From assembly GCA_963826145.1 (NCBI GenBank), contig CAWGVW010000002.1, positions 1,058,170 through 1,122,169 on the forward strand: a DNA stretch of 64,000 nt, given 5' to 3'. The DNA comes from an uncultured Gammaproteobacteria bacterium (lineage in GTDB: Bacteria > Pseudomonadota > Gammaproteobacteria > Steroidobacterales > Steroidobacteraceae). Numbering within the stretch: position 1 is the stretch's first letter; each line of letters opens with the position of its first letter. Positions 37,703 through 47,254 of this stretch are shown in pieces. Both the position numbers and the translations under genes were made by a program. The notes beneath the pieces are model-generated. The model searched no databases, was not told where the DNA came from, and worked only from the letters and a program-made list of their open reading frames with translations.

Positions 37703-40700
37703 ATGAGTGAAGTCTCCTCGCAAACCCTGCACCTCGTCGCCAAGGAGCTCGGCACCACGCTCAACGAGGCGCGTGTCGCCCTTGAGAATTTCGCGGAGCA
37801 CGGCGACAACATCGATCTGCTCAATCAGTGTGCGAACCGCTTGCACGAGGCCTACGGCGTGCTGCGCGTCGTCGAGGTATACGGCGCGGCGCTGCTCGCC
37901 GAGGAGATGGAGCACAGCGCACGCTACCTGATCGAAGCGGGCGGCGATGAACGCCACCGGGTCGACGGCCTCGACGCGCTGATGCGCGCCATGGTGCAGC
38001 TGCCGACCTATCTCGAACGGGTGCTGAACGGCGGCCGCGACCTTGCGCTGGTGCTGCTGCCGCTTCTGAACGACCTGCGTGCCGTGCGCGGCAACGCACT
38101 CCTTTCCGAAGGCACGCTGTTGCTGCTCAATCTGCGGTCGGACCAGCAGGCCGCGCCGCAGCCCCTGCAGCCCGGCGAACCACCGCTCACGGTCGAGCAG
38201 TGGGCGCGGCGCCTGCGCACGCGTTACCAGATGGGTCTGCTTGGCTGGATCCGCGGCGAAAGGCCCGAACAGAATCTCGATATCATGGCGCGCGTCGCCG
38301 AACGGCTCGAACAGATCGCGACGACACAGCCGGTCTTCCAGCTCTGGTGGGTGGTGGGCGCGATCATCGAAGGCTTGCGCTACGGCGGCCTCGATGGCGG
38401 CGCCAGCATCAAGCGGCTCCTCGGCATTGCGGACCGGGAGATGCGCCGGCTCTACAGCCAGGGCGAGGCGCGCTACAGCGATACGCCCGCGCTCGAGCTC
38501 CTGAACAATCTCCTTTACTACGTGGCGCGCGCGACCAACGCGGGTCCGCGGATCAGCGCGGTGCGGGCATCTTTCCGGCTCGGCGACTTGCTGCCGGTCG
38601 ACAATACGATCGAGCAGGAGCGCGAGCGGCTCTCGGCGCCGAGCGTCAAGCTCATGCGCACAGTGGCGGCGGCCATCAAGGAAGACCTCTCGCGCGTTAA
38701 GGACGTGCTCGACATTTTCGTGCGCAAGGGCGGCGCTCAGCTCGAAGAACTCGCGCCGCAGCTCGAGCTCCTGAAGAAGATCAGCGATACGCTCGGCGTG
38801 CTCGGCCTCGGCGGCCTGCGCGCGAGCGTGCAGGAGGAAATCGCGGTCCTCGGCGATATCGTCGCGAAGAAGGAACCGGCGAACGAAGACACCCTCGTGC
38901 GCATGGCGGCGACGCTCATCAGCGTCGAAGACGCGCTCGACGATCAGCTCGTGAAACTGATACTGCCGCAGGACGGCGCCACGACGGGCTCGATGCCCGC
39001 CGCGCCGGAAGTCCTCGAGGACGGCGAATTCCGCCACGTCACCGAGGCGGTCCTGCGCGAGTGCATTGTGAACCTCGCCCGCATCAAGGAGACGGTGACC
39101 CACGTCATCCAGAAGCCCGAGGAGACCCAGGGCATCGATGCCATTCCGGGGCTCCTGCGCGGCATCACCTCGGGACTCCTGATGCTCGGCAAGACGCGGG
39201 CGGTGGAAACGATCGAGGCGATTTCAAAGCACCTGCAGGCCGTGATACGGCCGGGTTCGGGAGTACCGCCCGCGGACCGCCTCGACCGGCTGGCGGATGC
39301 CATCGTGAGCGTCGAGTACTACATGGAAACGGTGCAGGGCGGCCGGGCCGATCCCTGGTACATGCTCGACAATGCCGAGAGCTGCCTCAAGGCGCTTGCC
39401 GACGAGCCGCTGCCGGCGCCCCTGGTCGAGACGGATGAGCCGGATGCATTTGCGCGCACGCTGAAGATTGACGGACCGGCCGCGGCACAATCGGCAGTCG
39501 CTGCCACTCGCGCCGCGCCGGTTGATTCACCGGAGAGACACATCATCACGCATCCGGTGGTCGAGGCGCCACCGAGCGGCGAGCCAGACCCGGAATTTCT
39601 TGAGCTGTTCATTGAGGAAGCGCGCGAGGAAGTCGCCAGCGTCGAGCGCAACTTCCCGGCTTGGGAACAGAATCCGCACGACGCGGATGCGCTCGTCACC
39701 ATGCGCCGCTCGTTCCACACCCTGAAAGGCAGCGGTCGCATGGTGGGCGCCAAGCTCATCGGCGAGTTCAGCTGGTCGATCGAGAGCCTGCTCAATCGCC
39801 TCATCAACAAGACGCTCGCGCGCAGCCCCGCCATTGTCGGCGTGATCCGCGAAGCCGTCGCGGCGCTGCCCGAACTCGTCGAGCAGCTCGAGGTGGGACG
39901 CGCGGCGGCCGTCGATGTGCCTTCGATCATGGAGCGCGTACAGGCGCTGGCCGAAGGCCGCGAAGCCGACGGCGCGGCGTCCCCAGCCGCGGCGGAACCG
40001 ACAATGGTCGAAACGCCCGTAGCGCCGCAACCCGCGGCCCCTGCCGTCGCTGTCCCGCAACCCGCTCCGCCGACGCCCGCGGTCGAAGGTCCCGCGCCGC
40101 GCGTCATGGATCCGCAGCTGCACGAGATCTACAGCAAGGAAGCAGCTGGCCACATCGCCGTCATCCGCGACTACCTGAAACGCTGCGCCAGCCTGGCGCC
40201 GCCCTATGAGGTGCCCGAGGCGGTCTATCGTGCCTGCCACACCTTGAGCGGCAGCTCGAAGATGGCGGAAGCCAGGCAGGGCATCAAGGTCGCCGAGCCC
40301 CTGAATCGGTACTTGCGCAAGGTTTTCGAGAGCGGTCGCGGACTCGATGCGGCCGGCCTCAAGGTACTCGCGGATGCAGTGGCGGCCATGGAGCAAGTGG
40401 TTGCCCACATCAATGAAACGACCGGCTATTTCATAGGCCAGCAGGCGCTCATCGAGCGCATCGACGAGCTTGACCGGAAGTTCGACGAAGAAGCGGTTGT
40501 CGACACGACTCTTGATCCGTCGATCATCGCCCCCGCGCCGCCTCTTGCATTGCAGCCGGAGCCCGCATTCGAGTCGCCGGTGGACGAGGAGGAAGGCGAA
40601 TCCTTCGATGCGGAGGTCGCCGCCATATTCAGCGAGGAGGCTACGGAGCTCCTCGAGTCGGCGGACGTCGCGCTCAACGCCTGGAACCAGGAGCGCACCG

Positions 40701-43123
40701 ATCAGCAGCACGTCGCGGAATTGCAGCGACCGCTGCACACGCTCAAGGGCGGCGCCCGCATGGCGGGCATCACGGCGATGGGCGATCTCAGCCATGAACT
40801 CGAGACGCTCGTACTGCAAATCAATAACGGAGTGATCGCGGCAGACGACCGCTCGTATGAAATCGTGCAGGCGAGTCTCGATGAATTGTCGCGCATGCGT
40901 GATGCGGTGAGCAGCGGACGGCGCGTCTCGCCGGCCCGCGCGCTGATGGAACGCATTCGAGCACTCGGGCGCCCGGCGGCTGCAGCCGCGGCGCCGGTTC
41001 CTCCGGCAGCGCCCGCGGCCGCGGTTCCGCAGGCCGTCGTTGAGCCGGCCCCGGCCGCGGTACCGCCGGCACCCGTTTCCAAGCCTGTGCCGCCGCCGCC
41101 GATTGCAGAAGTGAAAGTCGCCGAACCGGCTCCGCCACCCGCGCCGCCTGCGCCTCCCGCAGCGCCGGCGCCCGTAGCCGTCGCGCCGGTGGCGGCTGCA
41201 GTTCCGATCGATGACGAGCCGCTGATTGAATCCGCGCCAACCGCCATCCCGCCTGGCCGCGATGCGCCGCCGCTTGGCGACAGGCCGGAACTCGCGCGCG
41301 TCGACGCGGAACTGCTCGACAGCATGCTGAACAACGCGGGCGAAGTGAGCATCTTCCGTTCGCGCCTCGAGCAGCAGGTGAGTTCGATCGATTTCAATCT
41401 TGGCGAACTCGCGCGCACGGTCACGCGGCTCAAGGAGCAGCTGCGCAAGCTCGAAATCGAAACGGAGACGCAGATCCTCGCGCGGCATCACGAGGAGAGC
41501 TCCCGCAAGGACGAGTTCGATCCGCTCGAACTCGACCGCTACTCCGCAATCCAGCAGTTCTCGCGCGCACTCGCGGAGTCCTCGAGCGACGTCGCGAGTC
41601 TGCAGGGGCTCCTCGAGAACCTCACGCGGGAAGCGCAGAACCTTCTGATGCAGCAGGCGCGCGTCATCACCGAATTGCAGAACGGGCTCATGCGCACGCG
41701 CATGGTTCCGTTCCAGCGCCACGTTCAGCGCCTGAGCCGACTCGTGCGCCAGACGGCCACCGACGCCGGCAAACGCGTCGAACTCGTGGTCGAGGGCGCC
41801 TCGGGCGAACTCGACCGGCAGGTGCTCGATCGCATGCTGCCGCCCTTCGAACACATGCTGCGCAATGCCGTCGTGCACGGAATCGAATCGCCCGCGACAC
41901 GGGTTGCGGCCGGCAAACCCGAGCAGGGCCGGATCCAGCTGTCGCTGCGCCGCGAAGGCGCCGAGGTCGTGATCGATCTCGCCGACGACGGCGCCGGCAT
42001 GAACCTGCGCGCGATCCGCGACAAGGCCGTCAAGATGGGGCTCGTCGATCCGCGCCAGACGCTCACCGACGAGCAGGCGATGCAGCTCATTCTTGAGGCC
42101 GGCTTCAGCACCGCCGGCCAGATCACGCAGGCCGCGGGCCGCGGCGTCGGCATGGATGTCGTCGCGACGGAGGTCAAAAAGCTCGGCGGCGCGCTCTTCA
42201 TCGAATCGCAGGCGGGCCACGGCACGAAGTTCACCGTGCGGCTGCCCTTCACGCTCGCGATCAGCCAGGCGCTCATCGTCCGTCTTGTCGACGAGTACTA
42301 CGCGCTGCCGCTACCGACCGTCGAAGGCGTCGTGCGCCTCACCAAGGCGAAGGTGCTGGAGCATCTCGCGAACGACGCGCCTCCCTTTGAGTACGGCGGC
42401 CAGAAGTACCGTTTCCAGCAGCTTGGGAGCTTCCTCGGCGCGGGTCCCGCGGTGCTCCCGGAGCAGGATGTCGCCGTGCCGGTAATCCTGATCCGCGCCG
42501 CGGAGCACTCGACGGCGCTGGTCGTCGACGAATTGATCGGCAGCCGCGAAATCGTCGTGAAGTCGGTCGGGCCGCAGATCGCGGGGATCCGCGGAATCGC
42601 CGGCGCGACGATTCTTGGCGATGGCCGCATCGTGATCATTCTCGACATGGGGGCGCTCGTGCGCTCGGAGTGGCGTACGCGCCCGGCGCCGGAGCTTTTG
42701 GGCCGCGAGCGCGAGGACCGGCGCGTGTTTGCGCTCGTCGTCGACGATTCCATCACCGTGCGCCGCGTGACGCAGCGTCTGCTTGAGCGCAATGGCATGC
42801 GCGTGCTCACGGCTCGCGACGGCATGGATGCGCTGACGCTCCTGCAGGAACATACGCCGGACATCATCCTGCTCGACATCGAGATGCCGCGCATGGACGG
42901 CTACGAGGTCGCCGCGCACGTTCGCAACGACCCCCGTATCAACGACGTGCCGATCGTGATGATTACCTCGCGCGTGGGCGAGAAACACCGCGCCCGCGCG
43001 ATTGAGCTCGGGGTCAATGATTACCTCGGCAAGCCCTACCAGGAGAGCCAGCTGCTCGATGCCATCGAGCCGCTGGTGCGCGCGCGCCGCAGCCGCATCG
43101 CTGCTGCCGCGAACACCGGCTGA
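37703..43123 (+). CDS. chpA: ChpA-type CheA hybrid kinase: multiple Hpt domains, dimerisation/HATPase, CheW-like and C-terminal receiver
   Basis: 1806 aa. Three canonical Hpt His motifs (SFHTLKGSGRM, CHTLSGSSKM, PLHTLKGGARM) plus degenerate N-terminal Hpt-like repeats. Pro/Ala-rich linkers. HATPase (GRGVGMDVV), CheW-like region and REC (LVVDDSITVRR...LLDIEMPRMDGY). Confidence 0.92.
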   Translation: MSEVSSQTLHLVAKELGTTLNEARVALENFAEHGDNIDLLNQCANRLHEAYGVLRVVEVYGAALLAEEMEHSARYLIEAGGDERHRVDGLDALMRAMVQLPTYLERVLNGGRDLALVLLPLLNDLRAVRGNALLSEGTLLLLNLRSDQQAAPQPLQPGEPPLTVEQWARRLRTRYQMGLLGWIRGERPEQNLDIMARVAERLEQIATTQPVFQLWWVVGAIIEGLRYGGLDGGASIKRLLGIADREMRRLYSQGEARYSDTPALELLNNLLYYVARATNAGPRISAVRASFRLGDLLPVDNTIEQERERLSAPSVKLMRTVAAAIKEDLSRVKDVLDIFVRKGGAQLEELAPQLELLKKISDTLGVLGLGGLRASVQEEIAVLGDIVAKKEPANEDTLVRMAATLISVEDALDDQLVKLILPQDGATTGSMPAAPEVLEDGEFRHVTEAVLRECIVNLARIKETVTHVIQKPEETQGIDAIPGLLRGITSGLLMLGKTRAVETIEAISKHLQAVIRPGSGVPPADRLDRLADAIVSVEYYMETVQGGRADPWYMLDNAESCLKALADEPLPAPLVETDEPDAFARTLKIDGPAAAQSAVAATRAAPVDSPERHIITHPVVEAPPSGEPDPEFLELFIEEAREEVASVERNFPAWEQNPHDADALVTMRRSFHTLKGSGRMVGAKLIGEFSWSIESLLNRLINKTLARSPAIVGVIREAVAALPELVEQLEVGRAAAVDVPSIMERVQALAEGREADGAASPAAAEPTMVETPVAPQPAAPAVAVPQPAPPTPAVEGPAPRVMDPQLHEIYSKEAAGHIAVIRDYLKRCASLAPPYEVPEAVYRACHTLSGSSKMAEARQGIKVAEPLNRYLRKVFESGRGLDAAGLKVLADAVAAMEQVVAHINETTGYFIGQQALIERIDELDRKFDEEAVVDTTLDPSIIAPAPPLALQPEPAFESPVDEEEGESFDAEVAAIFSEEATELLESADVALNAWNQERTDQQHVAELQRPLHTLKGGARMAGITAMGDLSHELETLVLQINNGVIAADDRSYEIVQASLDELSRMRDAVSSGRRVSPARALMERIRALGRPAAAAAAPVPPAAPAAAVPQAVVEPAPAAVPPAPVSKPVPPPPIAEVKVAEPAPPPAPPAPPAAPAPVAVAPVAAAVPIDDEPLIESAPTAIPPGRDAPPLGDRPELARVDAELLDSMLNNAGEVSIFRSRLEQQVSSIDFNLGELARTVTRLKEQLRKLEIETETQILARHHEESSRKDEFDPLELDRYSAIQQFSRALAESSSDVASLQGLLENLTREAQNLLMQQARVITELQNGLMRTRMVPFQRHVQRLSRLVRQTATDAGKRVELVVEGASGELDRQVLDRMLPPFEHMLRNAVVHGIESPATRVAAGKPEQGRIQLSLRREGAEVVIDLADDGAGMNLRAIRDKAVKMGLVDPRQTLTDEQAMQLILEAGFSTAGQITQAAGRGVGMDVVATEVKKLGGALFIESQAGHGTKFTVRLPFTLAISQALIVRLVDEYYALPLPTVEGVVRLTKAKVLEHLANDAPPFEYGGQKYRFQQLGSFLGAGPAVLPEQDVAVPVILIRAAEHSTALVVDELIGSREIVVKSVGPQIAGIRGIAGATILGDGRIVIILDMGALVRSEWRTRPAPELLGREREDRRVFALVVDDSITVRRVTQRLLERNGMRVLTARDGMDALTLLQEHTPDIILLDIEMPRMDGYEVAAHVRNDPRINDVPIVMITSRVGEKHRARAIELGVNDYLGKPYQESQLLDAIEPLVRARRSRIAAAANTG

Positions 43124-43136
43124 GGCACCTCACAGC

Positions 43137-43625
43137 ATGGAAACCGCCGTCACAGAACTCTACAGCCTCCTCATTCCGCTCGCGGGCGAGCGCCTCATCA
43201 TGCCGCGCGCTTCGGTTGCCGAAGTGATCGCTTACCAGGTGCCTTCCGAGATGACCGGCGCGCCGCCCTGGTACCTTGGCACGATCAGTTGGAGCGGACG
43301 GAATCTGCCGGTCGTCTCGTTCGAGGGCGCCTGCGGACAGACCATTCCGGTCGCGAGCGGCCGCACGCGAATTGTGGTCGTCCACTGCCTCGGCCAGAAA
43401 CTGAATGGCGGATGCTTCGGCATCATGACCCAGGGCTTCCCGCAGCTGGTGCGGGTGAATCCGGACGTGCTCAAGGCCGATCATCTGCGCAGTTTTCCCG
43501 ATCGCCAGCCCGTTCTGTGCCAGGTGCGCATGGTGAACGAGACGCCGCTCATTCCGGATCTCGAGCGACTCGAAGACCTGATCGCCGAAGAGACGAGCGC
43601 CGTCGGCAACGACGGCCAAAACTGA
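43137..43625 (+). CDS. chpC: CheW-like protein ChpC
   Basis: From ATG 43137. CheW-like pattern (LLIPLAGERLIMPRASVAEV...RIVVVH) immediately after chpA. Confidence 0.7.
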   Translation: METAVTELYSLLIPLAGERLIMPRASVAEVIAYQVPSEMTGAPPWYLGTISWSGRNLPVVSFEGACGQTIPVASGRTRIVVVHCLGQKLNGGCFGIMTQGFPQLVRVNPDVLKADHLRSFPDRQPVLCQVRMVNETPLIPDLERLEDLIAEETSAVGNDGQN

Positions 43626-43627
43626 GG

Positions 43628-44362
43628 CTAGAAATCCCCGAACTCGCTCTGCAGCGCGGCGAGCGCTGCGATCGCGGCCGTTTCGGTCCTCAGGATCCGC
43701 GGTCCGAGCCGCACCGCCCGATATCCGGCGCCGAGCGCGGCCGCTTCCTCCCCGGGCCCAAGTCCACCCTCCGGACCGATCAGCAGTTCGATCGACAGGG
43801 CTCCGCGCACAGCGCCGCGCAATGATGCTTGCGCGCGGGGCGACAGGATCAGCGCGGCGTCGACAGCGGGTCGGGCAGCCAACCAGTCGTCGAGCTGCGG
43901 TCGGCGGATCGATCACGGGCAGGCGATTGCGGCCACATTGCTCGCAGGCTCGCGATGGCGATCGAACGCCAGTGGGCGTGCTTGCGCGCCGGCTTTCTGC
44001 GCGCCGGTGCGCACCACGCTGCGCTCCGCCTCAATCGGCACGATGCGCGTGACGCCGAGCTCCGTTGCCTTCTGCAGGACGAGATCCATGCGTTCTGCGC
44101 GCGAGATGCCCTGCGCGAGCGTGACAGAAAGCGTCGATTCCCGTTCCACCGCCAAATGATCGCCAATCGCAACGATGACGCGATCCTTGCGCGCGGACTC
44201 AACCACGGCCGCGTATTCGCCGCCGCGGCCGTCGAACAGCACGAGTGGATCGCCCACCCGCGCGCGCAGCACCCGTGCGACATGATTCGCCGCGTCGCCC
44301 GCGAGTTCGCAGCTGCGCCGGCCGGCGAGTGCGCTCTCGATGTAGACCCGGTTCAGTCGCAA
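43628..44362 (-). pseudogene. rsmE: 16S rRNA (uracil1498-N3)-methyltransferase RsmE, interrupted by three +1 frame changes and an in-frame TGA
   Basis: The N-terminal part (44362-43913) and C-terminal part (43882-43628, LLIGPEGGL...RILRTETA) are in the same frame. The conserved middle (KHAHWRSIAIAS / CEQCGRNRLPVIDP) is readable only in the other two frames. Removing one nt near each of 43984, 43947 and 43901-43904 gives a 243-aa protein. Confidence 0.8.
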
Positions 44363-45723
44363 GTGGCCGCCTCGATGCCCGTGCGGGCGACGTCGACCAT
44401 GCGGTCGATGTCGTCCGCAGTCACAACATATGGCGGCATGAAATAGATGACATTGCCGATCGGCCGAAGCAGTACGCCGCGCTCGAGGGCGTGCTGGTAG
44501 ACCTTGAGACCGCGCCGCTCGCGCCAGTCATAGGGAGTTCGGCTCCTCTTATCGCGGACCATCTCGACCGCGGCGATCATGCCGCACTGGCGGATCTCCG
44601 CAACGTGCTCGAGCGCCTCGAGTGCGCGCGCGCGTTCGCCGAGATGACGCGCAAGCGGAACGTTGTGCGCGATCACGTCATCCTCGCTGAAGATGCGAAG
44701 GCTCGCGAGCGCGGCCGCGCAAGCGAGCGCGTTGCCGGTGTAGCTGTGCGAATGCAGGAAAGCTTTCAGGTGCACATACTCGTCGTAGAACGCCTGGTAG
44801 AGGGCCTCCGTCGCGAGCACCGCCGACAGCGGCAGATAGCCGCCGGTGAGTCCCTTCGAAAGACACATGAGGTCCGGGCGTATACCCGCCTGTTCGCAGG
44901 CGAACATCGTGCCCGTTCGGCCGAATCCCACCGCGATCTCGTCCGCGATCAGATGCACGTCGAAGCGATCGCAGGCCCTGCGCAGGAGTCTCAGGTATTC
45001 GGCGTGATACATGCGCATGCCGGCCGCGCACTGCACGAGGGGCTCGACGATGACGCCCGCGATTTCGCCCGAGCGTTCCGCGAGAAGTTTTTCGAGCGCG
45101 GTGAATCGGCGCCTGGCGTGCGATTCCCAGGATTCGCCCGGTTCGCGGTCGAAAGCGTCTGGCGATGGCACCGTGAAAACGTCCATCAGGAGCGGCTGGT
45201 AGATTTCCCGATAGAGCTCGACGTTGCCGACGGCAAGCGCACCGAGGGTTTCGCCGTGATAGCTGCCGCTCAGCGTGACGAAGCGTTTCTTGGCGGGCCG
45301 TCCGAGGTTGCGCCAGTAGTGAAAACTCATCTTGATGGCGACTTCGACGGCCGCCGATCCGTTGTCGGCAAAAAAGCAGCGCGTGAGGCCCGCAGGCGCG
45401 ATGTTGACGAGCGCCTCGGCGAGCTCGATGCCCGGCTCGTGGGTGAAGCCGGCGAAGATCACGTGCTCCAGGCGGTCGAGCTGGGCCTTCAGTGCAGCAT
45501 TGATGCGCGGGTTCGCGTGACCGAAGAGGTTCACCCACCAGGAACTGATGGCATCGAGATAGCGCTTGCCGTCGAAGTCCTCGAGGAAGGCCCCGCTTGC
45601 GCTTCGGATCGGAATCGGCGGCAGCCACTCGTGATCCTTCATCTGCGTGCAGGGATGCCAGACGACCGACAGATCGCGGCGAATGAGCGCTGAATTGCGG
45701 GAGCCGGGCGGCGAGTCGGGCAT
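44353..45723 (-). CDS. bioA: Adenosylmethionine-8-amino-7-oxononanoate aminotransferase
   Basis: From Met 45723: VWHPCTQM, SSWWVNLFGH, DEIAVGFGRTG, LSKGLTGGYLPLS. Confidence 0.92.
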   Translation of the reverse strand: MPDSPPGSRNSALIRRDLSVVWHPCTQMKDHEWLPPIPIRSASGAFLEDFDGKRYLDAISSWWVNLFGHANPRINAALKAQLDRLEHVIFAGFTHEPGIELAEALVNIAPAGLTRCFFADNGSAAVEVAIKMSFHYWRNLGRPAKKRFVTLSGSYHGETLGALAVGNVELYREIYQPLLMDVFTVPSPDAFDREPGESWESHARRRFTALEKLLAERSGEIAGVIVEPLVQCAAGMRMYHAEYLRLLRRACDRFDVHLIADEIAVGFGRTGTMFACEQAGIRPDLMCLSKGLTGGYLPLSAVLATEALYQAFYDEYVHLKAFLHSHSYTGNALACAAALASLRIFSEDDVIAHNVPLARHLGERARALEALEHVAEIRQCGMIAAVEMVRDKRSRTPYDWRERRGLKVYQHALERGVLLRPIGNVIYFMPPYVVTADDIDRMVDVARTGIEAATCD

Positions 45724-45737
45724 GGAAGAATTCTGGC

Positions 45738-46361
45738 ATGATGCCGGGCGCCGTGACGACCGGGAAACGAAAAAGAAGAGCCGCAAGCGCGCGTGCCTGG
45801 CGCGTCGATCGGGTCCGGGGCCTGTTGTCGGCGGCGCGGCAGGTGACGAGCCCGAATTTCGACGCCCGGCCGACCGGTGTCAAAGCGAGCCTCATCGTCA
45901 TCCACGGCATCAGCCTGCCGCCCGGAAAGTTCGGCGGCCCCTGGATCGAGCGCCTCTTTACCAACCGGTTGCCGGCGGATCGTCATCCGTTCTTCCGCAC
46001 GATTGCCACACTCAGGGTTTCCTCGCATCTGGTGATCCGGCGTGGCGGCCGGGTCCTGCAGTTCGTGCCGTTTCACCGGCGCGCCTGGCATGCCGGCGTC
46101 TCGAGCTACCAGGGACGCGAGCGCTGCAATGACTTTTCCATAGGCATCGAGCTTGAGGGCACGGATCGGCGCGCGTACACGGACGCGCAGTACCGCGTCC
46201 TCGCGCGGGTGCTACGCGTCCTGCTCGCCAGCTACGCGAGTCTTGCCGCCGACCGCATCGTGGGACACAGCGACATCGCACCCGGACGCAAGAGCGATCC
46301 GGGGCCCGCCTTCGACTGGAAGAGACTGCGCGCGGCAATTGCCACCGGACCGGCCGCATGA
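45738..46361 (+). CDS. ampD: 1,6-anhydro-N-acetylmuramyl-L-alanine amidase AmpD
   Basis: SPNFDARP...IVIHGISLPPG...HRRAWHAGVSSYQGRERCNDFSIGIELEG...VGHSDIAPGRKSDPGP. Confidence 0.9.
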   Translation: MMPGAVTTGKRKRRAASARAWRVDRVRGLLSAARQVTSPNFDARPTGVKASLIVIHGISLPPGKFGGPWIERLFTNRLPADRHPFFRTIATLRVSSHLVIRRGGRVLQFVPFHRRAWHAGVSSYQGRERCNDFSIGIELEGTDRRAYTDAQYRVLARVLRVLLASYASLAADRIVGHSDIAPGRKSDPGPAFDWKRLRAAIATGPAA

Positions 46362-47254
46362 ATCTCATTGCGCTGATCCTTGCGCTGGTGCTCGAGCGGT
46401 TGTGCACACGCTGGCTGCACCTGCGCGAGCCACACTGGTTCGACGGCTATTTCGAATGGTCGCTGCGCAAGGTCGCGACACTGCGCGGGGCGCGCGTCGT
46501 CGCGATCGCGCTCGTCTTTACAGTGTTGCCGGTGTTGCCGGTCGCGGCGATCGCAAATGTCTTCCGCGAATGGCTATCGGGGTTCGCGTACGTCGGATTC
46601 GCGGCCTTCGTATTGATCTTCTCCTTCGGACCGCGCGACCTCAAAGCCGAGACAGACGAATACCTGGCCGCGCTCGCGCGCGGGGACACAGAGCGCGCCC
46701 AGCGCGCGGCGCAGGCGCTCATGGAACACGACGCGAGGCAGCGCATGCAGGCGGCGCCGAACACCATCGAGGATGCGATCTTCGTGCAGGCGAATAACCG
46801 CGTATTCGGCGTTGCTTTCTGGTTTCTCGTGGCTGGACCTGCGGGCGCCTGGCTCTTCCGGGTGACCGACCTCATGCGCCGGCACGCAGTGATGGAGCAC
46901 CGGGACCTCTTCGAAAACGAATCCCGCGGTATCGATTTCGTGCGCGCCGTGCAGGCGATCCACGGCGTGCTCGCCTGGCTTCCGGCACGCCTCCTCGCCA
47001 TCGGCTTTGCGCTCGCGGGCAGCTTCGACGACGCATTTGCGAGCTGGCGTGCGCTCGTGCGGGACCGACTGACGGGATTCTTCGAACGCAACGACGAGGT
47101 GCTGATGCACGTCGGCCGCGGTGCGCTCGGCGCGATCGATTCTGAGCGGGGGAGTGGCCACCGCTGCCAGGCGGCAATGCAGCTCGTATGGCGGGCCGCG
47201 CTCATCTGGCTGGTCGGCGTATCGCTGCTGGTGCTCTTCGGACGGATCGTCTGA
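46358..47254 (+). CDS. ampE: AmpE-family inner-membrane protein
   Basis: MNLIALILALVLERL start overlaps the ampD stop. Multi-TM protein of 298 aa in the classic ampD-ampE arrangement. Confidence 0.8.
   Translation: MNLIALILALVLERLCTRWLHLREPHWFDGYFEWSLRKVATLRGARVVAIALVFTVLPVLPVAAIANVFREWLSGFAYVGFAAFVLIFSFGPRDLKAETDEYLAALARGDTERAQRAAQALMEHDARQRMQAAPNTIEDAIFVQANNRVFGVAFWFLVAGPAGAWLFRVTDLMRRHAVMEHRDLFENESRGIDFVRAVQAIHGVLAWLPARLLAIGFALAGSFDDAFASWRALVRDRLTGFFERNDEVLMHVGRGALGAIDSERGSGHRCQAAMQLVWRAALIWLVGVSLLVLFGRIV

Noticed and set aside
40980-41240. Repetitive GC-rich DNA encoding Pro/Ala tracts
   Set aside because: It lies in frame inside chpA and encodes inter-domain linkers (PAAPAAAVPQ...PPPAPPAPPAAPAP). 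It is not an independent repeat element.
39527-42220. 897-aa ORF antisense to chpA, plus many 100-380-aa ORFs overlapping pilJ and chpA in other frames
   Set aside because: They have low-complexity Arg/Gly/Ala composition and no motifs. The sense frame carries Hpt, HATPase, CheW and REC motifs throughout.
44245-45964. 482-aa plus-strand ORF and 428-aa minus-strand off-frame ORF overlapping bioA
   Set aside because: BioA motifs (DEIAVGFGRTG and the PLP-lysine region) identify the real frame. The alternatives are Arg-rich artefacts.
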